Source: Picochlorum sp. SENEW3 (Eukaryota). From it: a stretch of 64,000 nucleotides of DNA. A program made the position numbers and the translations under genes. Where the stretch lies: positions 372,001 to 436,000 of the forward strand of contig CP120459.1 of assembly GCA_034226945.1 (NCBI GenBank). The letters are read 5' to 3'. Shown here piece after piece: positions 22,647 through 32,574 of this stretch (position 1 is the stretch's first letter; each line of letters starts with the position of its first letter). Below the pieces are notes generated by a model. It worked only from the letters and a program-made list of their open reading frames with translations, was not told the origin of the DNA and did not search any database.

Positions 22647-23581
22647 ATGGTCAACATGAGGTGTCAGATAGCTGTATATGGAGCTTCTGGCTTTTGTAGA
22701 TTCTCTACCATCTCCACCAGACGACGACCCCAACCTTGTCGACAGGGTCTTTGCTATTATGGCCATAGAAGGTGCACAAGGGTGTGTGGGACGCCATCTC
22801 GCAACACAAATGAAAGATATATGTATGAAGAAGTGTTAGAACTGGATGGAATGGATCTCGAGGATTTGAGATCGTCCATGGATGAGGCAATAGTCGACGA
22901 AGAGTACGAAAAAGCTGCATTTTTGAGGGACAAGATTCACGAATTGGAGAATAATGATCCTGTGTTGAGTTTGGAGAGGGATTTGAAGCTTGCTGTCGAG
23001 GAGGAGCGATATGTATGTGCCATGATTCACCTTTCTTGTGTGTCACCTGTGTTTGCTCATGTGTTGATCTGGTGTTGCAGGATGATGCGGCGAGGCTGAG
23101 GGATGAGATTGCTCTATTAAAGCCTCCTCAAATGGATCCGACATCACTTGATGGTGGATTGCAATCGCTATGCAAGAGTACACGGACAACTGAAGGTGTT
23201 CAAGTTGAGGTTCAATCAGTGTACGTGCCTCAACATAATAGAATGACAGGGGGGTATATGTTTGCGTATAAAATACATATTACGAATAAAGCGCATCCTA
23301 CGACCATCAAGCTTGTGTCGAGGCGATGGGAGATTACGGATGCAAAGGGACGAGTAAAGATTGTTGAAGGAGCTGGTGTGATTGGCGAACAGCCCGAGTT
23401 GTCGCCTGGAGAGACGTTTACATATCAGTCTGTGTGTCCCTTGGAGACGACGACAGGAAGAATGAAGGGCCACTTTGAAATGTATAGCAGAGCGAGTCCA
23501 GATTCTAGTTGGAATACTAGCTTTTTGGTGGATGTTGGCGAATTTCAGTTTGATATTGAAGGGCCGAGCACCTTTGAGTAG
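22647..23581 (+). CDS. UVR-domain plus ApaG-domain protein, probably plastid; one intron
   Basis: EEYEKAAFLRDKI and EERY|DDAARLRDEI (UVR); FAYKIHITN..RRWEITD..GAGVIGEQP (ApaG). Confidence 0.87.
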
Positions 23582-23731
23582 TGCAATTTTTTCACCCTGA
23601 TGGATGATTTATTTTTTTCGATTTTTTTCTGCCTGGTCTTCTTCTTTGTAAGAAAAAGTTTCTTTGTATGTTTGTTTAAAAAATAAACACAGGGGTGATT
23701 TGATACACATCAGATCCGAAGCAAACAATCG

Positions 23732-26700
23732 TTAGGCCTCAACCCCAGCTTTGGGCTTTTTAGCCTCCTCTGGGAGATTGTCCTCTGCTTGTTTCCTCTT
23801 CTTGCCAGTGGCGTCTGCATTGTCGTTTGCTTTTGCCTTTGCCTTTGGACCGCGCTTTTTACCTGCTGGTTTTTCGTCCTCTTCGTTCTCCTTCTCTATC
23901 AAGCGGATGAGTGTGTCGCATCGACGTGCTAATTCTTGTGGGGTTCTGCTCTTGATGAACCAATCGAATCTGAACCTCCATGAATTGCGAATCTCTGCTT
24001 TGAGCTCCTCCCATGCACCGTATCCAAGCTTGTGGACCATGCATATCAAAAATCTATCCTCCTCCTCATTGTACGCTTTGCCCTTGGATGGGCCGTACTG
24101 AATCTTCAAATCCTGCCAAGGGTTTTTGCACTTTGACAATTTCTTGGCAATGGCATCCATGATGGCTGCCTGCCACTGAATTCTTTGTTCTCCTTTTTCA
24201 ATATTTTTGAAAATTCTGTCAGCATCGTGCAGTTTGTGACCTCTTTCCTTGAATGCAGCTGCATATTTTCTGATCTCCTCCTCAGTCTTTCCATCAATCT
24301 CTTTGCAGATGGCATCAAGATTATCTCGGCCGTGGCGTTCGCACGAGCGAACAAATGCATTGAAGTCACGTCGACTCCAATTCGTAAATCCTTGGGATAA
24401 GAGCAGGTCTCGTTCTTTCAGTTCCTCGTCCGTGAGAGGTTTTGGATCATCGTCCTTTGGAGCAATAGCTTCATTGATGGCCTCCTCTGATGCTCCCTGT
24501 TGCCGCATGGTGTTTTCTCGCTGTTGGATACTGTATATGTGAGTATTATAGGCATCTTGCTTTTTGTAGAGTTCAGTAATCCGATCAATATCGAAAAATT
24601 GATGCTCTGGTAGATTTGGCATTTTGATGGCACGTGGACCTGAAGGCTTGGATCCCTCTTTTCTCGAATTGTTTTCTGCATAACTCACGATTCTCTTACG
24701 CTCTCTCTTTGGTGGATCAACCCAGTTTGCTCCCATCAATGCCTTGAGTTGCTCTACCTGGTCCTGATTCTCTTCTTCCTTCTCTTTCTTTGCCTCGAAA
24801 TCGTATGCAGACATGCCACCATCCATCGCAAACTTCATTGCATCATCGGTGAAGTTCTGCAATTTTTCGTTCAGTTCATTGGTCGTCCTCTCTCCTTTCT
24901 GGATAATAGCATCAATATCCTCCTCCGTGATTTTCGAAGGTGCAGAAGAGAAGACCATCTCTGCTCCATAGCGAACCATGCTGAGCAAATCGTCCTTGTT
25001 CACACTCTTGGTGTTCTCAACAAGGCGTCCTTGCTGAATGACAAGCGCATCCAATCGGAGCTTTTTGTATGCCTTTTCAATAACCTTTTCCTCGATCGCA
25101 TGCTCTGTGCACAATCTGAACACTTGGACTTCCTTTTTCTGACCAATACGATGTGCACGATCCATTGCTTGCAAATCCATCTGGGGATTCCAATCCGAGT
25201 CGTACAATATAACAATATCTGCAGTGTACAAATTAATACCCAAGCCTCCAGCTCTTGTTGAGAGAAGGAAGACAAACTTTTCAGAATCTGGGGCATTGTA
25301 TGCATCAATCTGTGACTCTCTGTCATCACCAGATGTGTTTCCATCAATCCTGCAGTACTTGTATTTTCTATACACGCAATAATCTTCCAAAATATCAATC
25401 ATACGTGTCATCTGTGAGAACACAAGAACTCTGGAACCACGTTCTTGAAGTTTGGGAAGCAATTTATCCAGCAGAACAAGTTTCCCTGCATTCTCCACCA
25501 AATGCTCTCCTGTAAAGTATGGTGGCCCTGGCTCTGCTCCTTGGAACAAATATGGATGGTTGCAACACTTTCTCAATTGCATGACAATATTGAGCAAACG
25601 TGATCTATCTGCTCCTCCAGTAATTGCATCCATATCCTTCTGCAGCAATGCTGCATAGTATTTCTTCTGCATATCAGACATACCAATCTTCAAAATCGTC
25701 TCCTTCTTTGGAGGTAAACTCTTTTCGACGTCACTCTTAAGTCGACGCAGCAGGAACGGCCTCAGCACCTTGTGCAGCTGCTGAACAACTTCCGCCTCTG
25801 CCTCTTTCCCATCCCCTCCAATTTGGAACCATTCATCAAACTTCTCTGCCGAGGAAAACACCTCTGGCAACAAAAAGTTGAGCAACGCCCACAATTCATG
25901 CAAGTTATTTTGCAAAGGAGTACCAGTGATCAAAAGTCGATAGTTTGTCTTGAGGGTTCTCACGACTCTGGAAAGGATTGAATTCTCATTCTTGATGCGA
26001 TGTGCCTCATCAATAATCACATATCTCCAGTGGAACTTTTTCCAATGGTTCTTCTCCTTGATCACCATTTCATATGATGTCACAACCACATCAAACTTCC
26101 CTGGACTGCACAGGTTCTCTTTTTGATATGCACGGTCCTCTGCATTTCCATGAAACTTCACAGCCTTGATCGATGGACACCACCTTCTGAACTCATTTAA
26201 CCAATTATGAAGAGTAGATTTGGGAACAATGACCATGTGAGGCCCCGTGATCCCTCTGTACTCTCTGAGATAGGCCAACAGGGAGATTGTTTGCAGTGTC
26301 TACATCAAACACTCTTTTATTGTAAAACACCTCTTGATGAGGACACGATTGCAGACAGAATATCACACACCTTTCCCAGACCCATCTCATCTGCCAAAAT
26401 ACCATTGATCCCATTATCATACAAATGAATCAGCCAATTCAATCCTTGCATCTGGTATTCACGAAGTTTTCCATGAGCAATAATAGATGGCTGTGCGAGC
26501 AGCCTATGCCCAGCCATTTCCCCTCCAGTCTCTTCATCCCTCAACAACTCCTCATCCTCTTGCTCTTCCGTCCGCATGCCTCCATGCCTGCCCTTCTTCT
26601 TCCCTTTGCCTTTCAGTGATTCTGCCGGAGCAAAATGCTGAAACACTTCTGCTTGCTGCAACAAAAAGTCCAGGCGCTTCTTTCCACGCGCAGCCTGCAT

Positions 26701-27241
26701 AGAAATCATAATAAGTCAGCGTGCATTCTTTACAATGCCTCGTCGCGCACCACCATTCACATACCTCTCCTGCCGCGGCATCAGAGTTCAACTTTGCATG
26801 CATTTGCTCAACCTGCTCCTTCCTCTGCTGCTCCAACAGCTTCAAACGAGCCTTCTCTTTCCGAGCCATCTCCTTTGCCTGCTTATTCTCCAGAACCTGC
26901 ACAATATTGAGTAGACTCGTCAGAAACCACCCAGCCCACGTTGGTATTGTGGACACACTGCCAGTAACGCATTCAAAAACCAGCCCATCTCGTGCGTCCT
27001 ATTCCATAACAACAATTAAGTAATCATTCAAATTCAATCATTTGATAAAACGTACGTCATCAGGAGCTTCTTCCTCCGTGTTGTATTCTTCGCCATCGTC
27101 AGGCTCTTCTTCTTCCTCTACGTCACTCGCTGACGCATCTGCTATCGCAAAATCATCATCTGGTGCACCATCCTTGTAGGAAACCTCGTTTTCCTCCCCA
27201 GTATCCCCTGCGGCCTTCACGTCCTTACCCTCTTCAGCCAT
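23732..27241 (-). CDS. ISWI: ISWI chromatin-remodelling ATPase, multi-exon
   Basis: [20 protein letters not shown] and [11 protein letters not shown] motifs with C-terminal HAND-SANT-SLIDE. Upstream exons are joined by GT-AG introns. Confidence 0.95.
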
Positions 27242-27435
27242 CGCGAGTGCTTTCTGATCTTTCTTGTACTGGTGTGAACACTTGAATATCTATCTGTTCA
27301 GCAGTCAATATTTCAAATAAATTTGTATACTGTATTCGATTGGATGTATCAACGCCGTAGTACGCCAATGAGACTCGGAGCGTTTGAACGTTGGGATTTT
27401 CTAATTGCTAATTTGGGAATTTTTACATTTGACTA

Positions 27436-27459
27436 CCGTAAAAATTTTAAATTTCGTTT
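27436..27459 (+). repeat. Left terminal inverted repeat
   Basis: Pairs with 29978-30001 at 21/24 positions; preceded by TA. Confidence 0.85.
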
Positions 27460-27567
27460 AATTAAGGAATGTAACATCTAGTCCATTTGACTCTGGTCAA
27501 TCCGAATCTTCTAGAACCTTGGATTGGTATGAAGTCGAGCCGCCATCGCCAACCGTGTCATTTCAAA

Positions 27568-29880
27568 ATGAAAAAAAAGAGAAAGGTGTCCGCCACACCA
27601 TCGAAAAAGGTGAAGAAAAAGAAGTTTACTCGATTGGATGTGGCTATAAAGAAGGATAAAGACCGTTTTTTCAATAAGACAGTCGTCAAGTGCACTTTGC
27701 AGCCTTTTTGTAAGTTCAAAGTGGTTCAACGCGAAATTGAAGAATGTGTATTCTACCTGAGTAGACTACAGATTCATGCGCATCATGTCATGCATCTATT
27801 GTTATTGAGGAACGGTGGGGCATTTAGGGACGATAAAGATGAATCTCTCTACGAACTCTACAACAAAATCTACAGACACCTTGCTAATCATTTGCAACAA
27901 AAGAAGGAGAGAAAGGATGTTGATACCAACTTGCGCGACTTGTGCAAGGAATATTGTGAGGAGACTGGGTTAAAAACAGATTGGCCTCAGGGTTGTGTCT
28001 CTGGTTGGAGGGGCAAAACAATGGAGCAGATGGCCCAGCAGTCGTCTGTTATGCATACCACGCATTTGGAAACCAATCTTAATGTATATGCATTACGGTA
28101 TCTGAGATATTTGCTATTTCGAGACGACACGGACTTTGACCAAATCAAAAATTTGTCAAAGAAGAAGTTTGGACAAGTATTTTCTGCAATCACACAGGCA
28201 TTCTGGGAGAGGACGAAAGTCAGTGATATTGTTGAACGTAGACCATCATTGACAGAATTTGCGTCTGATGTGTCAGTATGGGATGAAGCACAGAGAGCCT
28301 TGGATATCATTTGCTCGTTGGTGCCAAAGACGACAACTCTTTCTGAGAAATCCAGAATTTGCTTCTTCATTTTGGGTCACTTGGAGCCATTCGTGGAATC
28401 ACTGCAACAGAGGTTCAGAAACGGAGAGTTTGAAGGGAAGAAGAGTATACTTGGAAGACAGAAATGGACATTTTGTCTGTGTCCACAGATGGCCTGGAAA
28501 CCAAAGCATATCCATATCTCCAGCACAGCAGTGAAGACTATGGTTGAGCAACTCGCAAAGAAATATCCATATATCAGAAAGATAGTAGATGACTGTCCAG
28601 CACTGGATGACTATACAAATAAGTATTATTATTGGAAATCGATATTCAACATGAAGCGAGTATTGAAAAAAAAGCACATGAAGGACCAAAAGAAACTCAG
28701 ATTCGGATGCTCTATATGCACTGATGGCGTCTCTGTTTCTGCTGTTATAGACACTGTGAAGTCGGATCTGGAATGCACGATAATCCATCTGCAGGATGAT
28801 ATGAATTACGTCAAAGCAAAGTTGTGGGCCACCTACTGTGGGATGTTTGCAACCAACATTATTGCAAAAAAGATCAGATATGACCCTTTGCGTATTCTCC
28901 TTGGTGACATTTCCACCATACATTATGTTCTACTGAAGCCATTGTTGCATACATTAAAGTCACAAAAGGACGTTCTACAGAAACGAAAGGCTAAAAACAA
29001 AGACAAGACAGTCATCACAGAAAGGATCAAAAGGTTGGCTGGCATACGCAAAGATGACCATGGTATATATCACACAGATTGTATCATTGTCGGTTTGGAC
29101 CCAGGTAAAAAGTCAGCGGCCACGTGGGTTTTTCATGATTCGGAAAAGCAAAAGATCCATGCAAAGTGGAATGCAGAAAATGGTCGTCATACAGAGGTGG
29201 AAGACAGATATAAAAGTGATTCTCTGGGGTCAGGAGAATGGATCTTCTTATCTAGTCAGAAACAGTATACAGCCAAAATGAAGAAAAGGATGTCTGAATA
29301 CTGTCCTGCATGGGTGTCTGTGCCAACATGCAAGACAGTAGATCTTGAGAAAATTTTTGAGAGTTACAGATTCCAAGTTTCTATGTGGCCCCAACTGCAA
29401 CAAGCCTTCTTCGATGACAAAAAATGGTATCAGAAACAGAAGATGAGGAAATTTTGCAAGGAAAAGTCGGCCATGGAGGATGTGGTCGCTCGAATCTGTG
29501 GAACAAGAAACAAAGAGGCACAGAAGAGAGTCATCGTGGCGTATGGTGATGGTGATAATAACGGCACAATGAGGGGCACTGCTCCTATCATGAGCACAAA
29601 ACTGTTCAACAAGGTATCGGAATGTGCCACAGTTGTGTTGGTTAATGAGTTCAATACGTCCAAAATCTGTTCTTGCTGTCATGAGGCAATGGAACAGTAC
29701 AACAAACAATTCAGGATGAAACGTTGTCACAACAATGAATGCATTCGAAATGTTTGGGACCGTGATGTCAATGCCAGTATCAATATCAAAGACTTGTTTT
29801 TGGAAAAGTGTTACAATGGATCTCGAATCAAGGCTTTCAAGAGGACGAGGAAAAGGCAAAGGACATCAACACGGCAATGA
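27568..29880 (+). CDS. Fanzor1-type (TnpB-like) putative RNA-guided endonuclease, about 770 aa
   Basis: ORF 27487..29880 with ATG at 27529 or 27568. Motifs: FGCSICTDGVSVS, RuvC-I IVGLDPG, VIVAYGDG, RuvC-II VNEFNTSKIC, zinc finger CSCC...CHNNEC, RuvC-III WDRDVNASINI. Confidence 0.92.
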   Translation: MKKKRKVSATPSKKVKKKKFTRLDVAIKKDKDRFFNKTVVKCTLQPFCKFKVVQREIEECVFYLSRLQIHAHHVMHLLLLRNGGAFRDDKDESLYELYNKIYRHLANHLQQKKERKDVDTNLRDLCKEYCEETGLKTDWPQGCVSGWRGKTMEQMAQQSSVMHTTHLETNLNVYALRYLRYLLFRDDTDFDQIKNLSKKKFGQVFSAITQAFWERTKVSDIVERRPSLTEFASDVSVWDEAQRALDIICSLVPKTTTLSEKSRICFFILGHLEPFVESLQQRFRNGEFEGKKSILGRQKWTFCLCPQMAWKPKHIHISSTAVKTMVEQLAKKYPYIRKIVDDCPALDDYTNKYYYWKSIFNMKRVLKKKHMKDQKKLRFGCSICTDGVSVSAVIDTVKSDLECTIIHLQDDMNYVKAKLWATYCGMFATNIIAKKIRYDPLRILLGDISTIHYVLLKPLLHTLKSQKDVLQKRKAKNKDKTVITERIKRLAGIRKDDHGIYHTDCIIVGLDPGKKSAATWVFHDSEKQKIHAKWNAENGRHTEVEDRYKSDSLGSGEWIFLSSQKQYTAKMKKRMSEYCPAWVSVPTCKTVDLEKIFESYRFQVSMWPQLQQAFFDDKKWYQKQKMRKFCKEKSAMEDVVARICGTRNKEAQKRVIVAYGDGDNNGTMRGTAPIMSTKLFNKVSECATVVLVNEFNTSKICSCCHEAMEQYNKQFRMKRCHNNECIRNVWDRDVNASINIKDLFLEKCYNGSRIKAFKRTRKRQRTSTRQ

Positions 29881-30020
29881 ATTCGGCATGTAAGTCGGCT
29901 GCTTTTTGCAGACGCTATGCTTCAAGATACAGCAGAGAGAACGATGGAACTTCCAAGTTTGGAACATTCCGTCCGACAAACGAAATTAAAAAATTTTACT
30001 GTATCATGCTCCAAGCAGTG
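29880..30020 (+). ncRNA. Candidate Fanzor omegaRNA (scaffold up to the right TIR, guide from the flank)
   Basis: Nested pairings: GTCGG 29894-98/CCGAC 29973-77; CTGCT 29899-903/AGCAG 29931-35; hairpin GATGGAA-C-TTCCA-AGTT-TGGAA-CA-TTCCGTC 29943-73. The position matches known Fanzor/TnpB omegaRNAs. Boundaries are inferred. Confidence 0.6.
29978..30001 (-). repeat. Right terminal inverted repeat
   Basis: AAACGAAATTAAAAAATTTTACTG followed by TA. Confidence 0.85.
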
Positions 30021-32031
30021 TTTTGACATCCTCTGGGGGGTGGATGGAGGAAATCAGAGCACTTCTAGATGCGGCATGGTATGCATTTGTATATACATCA
30101 ACGATGCTCGAGGCAATTTTGTCTGCAATAGCGTTCCTGATGCCTTGCTCAATGATGGCTTGGTCTGCTCTGACAGTGCTGCATGACGGGTCTTCCAGCT
30201 TTGACCACAGTGCAATGGCACCTTGGGCAGCCACGTCCTCCGACAGAGGCTGGTTATCTAAAGCTTCATTGCTCTCTGTTTGGCCATCGACTGTAATATG
30301 CGCCTTTTCAGCGTCATTGGTGGAGCCCTGTGCGCGAAGCAATGTTCCCTCTAAAATCCTTGAAACGTCTGTTGCCACCATGCGGTCCATGGTCTCTTCA
30401 ATCTTGTCTTGCAATTTCTTAACAAGAGCGGACACGGATTCGTACGATTCAATCTGACGCCGGATATGACACAAGCAGTTGATAATGTACACATACTGCT
30501 TGTTTGGATTCATTGCAGATGTTGTGTCATCCAACCTGACTGAGGATTTTGGATTGAGCGCATCTGCTCCCGCAATCACTGAATTAATGATTGGATCCAT
30601 AATGTTGAATAACAAGGACTCGAATTCATCATCTTCTGTCACGGAGGCGTCGCCAGTATCGTCTTTATGTAGCAGTGAACTTTCATAAAACTTGATGATG
30701 CTGACGCCAATGGAGAGTCTGTCACTGTACAAGTCAGGCATGGAGAGGTCCTGAGGAGGGAGTGGGGGCTGCCTCACCAATCTATCTCCTCGCTGTTTCA
30801 TCTGATCTCGTAATAATTTCTCAGCGTTTGACTGGCAGGATCGCAGAGTATGTAAAAGCTTTCCATCTTCGCCCATGACTGGTTGTATGGTTCTCACATA
30901 AAATCCAAACAATGTGGTGAGCTGGAAATTCAACACGGGAGATGGAGCAGCCATGAGAATTTGATCCAGGCGTAATTTCAATGGCCTGCAAATACTATCA
31001 AAGATTGTATCCATGATTTCTTGCAGAGACAAGAGTTTTGATGAATCATCATCATCATCCGTCTTGTTCTTGTTGTCCTGTGCTTGCATGTATGCCTGTA
31101 AACTAGATGTTCGGGAGACAAGACCTCGAGAATCATAGCACCCTTGGAACAAATTGCCTACAAGCTCCATCTCACTCGCAATGGCTGCGTGCACCCACGC
31201 AAGCATATCATTGGCGTATCGCCAAGGATCCGCTGCATGCATTTCAATAGGTCGCGGGCCCTGAGACAGAGCCTGAATGAATTTTTCAAACACGGCTGTT
31301 CTGCGAGCAATGGCAATCTCCTCTGCGCAGTACGAATATAGAGGAGGGCGAGATCGCAACAATTTCATCGCCTTTGGGATCATATCGGCTATTTCTGGGG
31401 CATCAGGAGACTCGATTGATTGACACTCGGCCTGAATCCAGGAGCACACGTGTTTGAATGCTTCATCTTGCAACGCAGATAACTCATCCAGCAACGCCAA
31501 ACCAGCCTTATGGTGATACGATAATCCTAATGATCGACAATTACTATGGACAATCTGAACTTTCTTCAGCGCATCGATAAAGGCTTCATTGATCACCCCT
31601 TCCTGCAGTGTCTGTACATATTCTCGTGGAAGCTGATACTTTTCCTGAAATACATCCAACCACTCCTTTTTGGACTCTGTCAACGATATAGAATGTTCTA
31701 ATCTTTCAATATCGTTCAGTACGTTGGAGCATTGCAGCTCTCCCTCGGACAGAACAGAAGACATGGTGTCACACAAGGACCCCAGCCTTGCCAAGTCATT
31801 GCACACTGTATCAATCGATCCCATGATTGTTTCAGCATCTCCAACAAACCGCGTACTACTCTCAATCAGTCCTTTCTCGATTATGGAGCGAATGTTTCTG
31901 CGATTGTATGCGCTGTTATCGCTGTAAATAGTGGAAAGTGCTGAGAGATCTTTGGACACTTCTGGACTATCCGTCTTTTGCCCCAAAACTTTGCTCAACT
32001 TGCGCTGCAAACCAGGCGCTACTGAAGACAT
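30004..32031 (-). CDS. COG6: Conserved oligomeric Golgi complex subunit 6
   Basis: APGLQRKLSKVL, NRRNIRSIIE and GPRPIEMHAADPWRYANDMLAWVH motifs. Confidence 0.92.
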   Translation of the reverse strand: MSSVAPGLQRKLSKVLGQKTDSPEVSKDLSALSTIYSDNSAYNRRNIRSIIEKGLIESSTRFVGDAETIMGSIDTVCNDLARLGSLCDTMSSVLSEGELQCSNVLNDIERLEHSISLTESKKEWLDVFQEKYQLPREYVQTLQEGVINEAFIDALKKVQIVHSNCRSLGLSYHHKAGLALLDELSALQDEAFKHVCSWIQAECQSIESPDAPEIADMIPKAMKLLRSRPPLYSYCAEEIAIARRTAVFEKFIQALSQGPRPIEMHAADPWRYANDMLAWVHAAIASEMELVGNLFQGCYDSRGLVSRTSSLQAYMQAQDNKNKTDDDDDSSKLLSLQEIMDTIFDSICRPLKLRLDQILMAAPSPVLNFQLTTLFGFYVRTIQPVMGEDGKLLHTLRSCQSNAEKLLRDQMKQRGDRLVRQPPLPPQDLSMPDLYSDRLSIGVSIIKFYESSLLHKDDTGDASVTEDDEFESLLFNIMDPIINSVIAGADALNPKSSVRLDDTTSAMNPNKQYVYIINCLCHIRRQIESYESVSALVKKLQDKIEETMDRMVATDVSRILEGTLLRAQGSTNDAEKAHITVDGQTESNEALDNQPLSEDVAAQGAIALWSKLEDPSCSTVRADQAIIEQGIRNAIADKIASSIVDVYTNAYHAASRSALISSIHPPEDVKTLLGA

Positions 32032-32574
32032 TTTTCTATGTGTTATATCCAATATGCTTGTTCTGGGTATCTATCGAGTGTAAACCTAAAACCAGAGGTA
32101 CGACAAGTAGCCTTTCATCGTCCCCTTGCTAGTACAACGTCACATGTATGAATGGCTTCAATAGCCATTAACTATCTTCAATCTACAATTTTATATGAGT
32201 TTCAGGCAAGATCAGTTCAATGTATCCGGGAAATTCCAAGATCCATCCGTGTGGCACTCGATCTCTGTGGTCAATTTCGAGTCCGGACAGGAAGGGTCTT
32301 TGACCGTTCCTATGAAACGAAAGTTCACCGCGTTGTTTCTCGGACCTTGTTGTCTCTGACAATTGTATACTCGGTCACATGGTCTGCTCATATCAAATAT
32401 TGCACTATATTAAATTGATTGCTGGTGTCGGATGGATTGGAAGCCCTGCATTATGGAGGGCATTGATGTGTAACTGCCCCGAGTCTACCGTTGCGTTGAC
32501 TGTTTGGTATTTCTGCGTGTATCACGGATACGGCGTTACATCCTTTGGAAAAATATACCTTGTATCTCGTAGTG

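Larger units (their letters stand above)
27436..30001 (+). mobile_element. Non-autonomous TIR DNA transposon (Tc1/mariner/IS630-like ends) carrying a Fanzor, 2566 bp
   Basis: Left TIR CCGTAAAAATTTTAAATTTCGTTT (27436-27459) matches the reverse complement of the right TIR, CAGTAAAATTTTTTAATTTCGTTT (29978-30001), at 21/24 positions. TA flanks both ends (27434-35 and 30002-03). No transposase inside. Confidence 0.85.
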
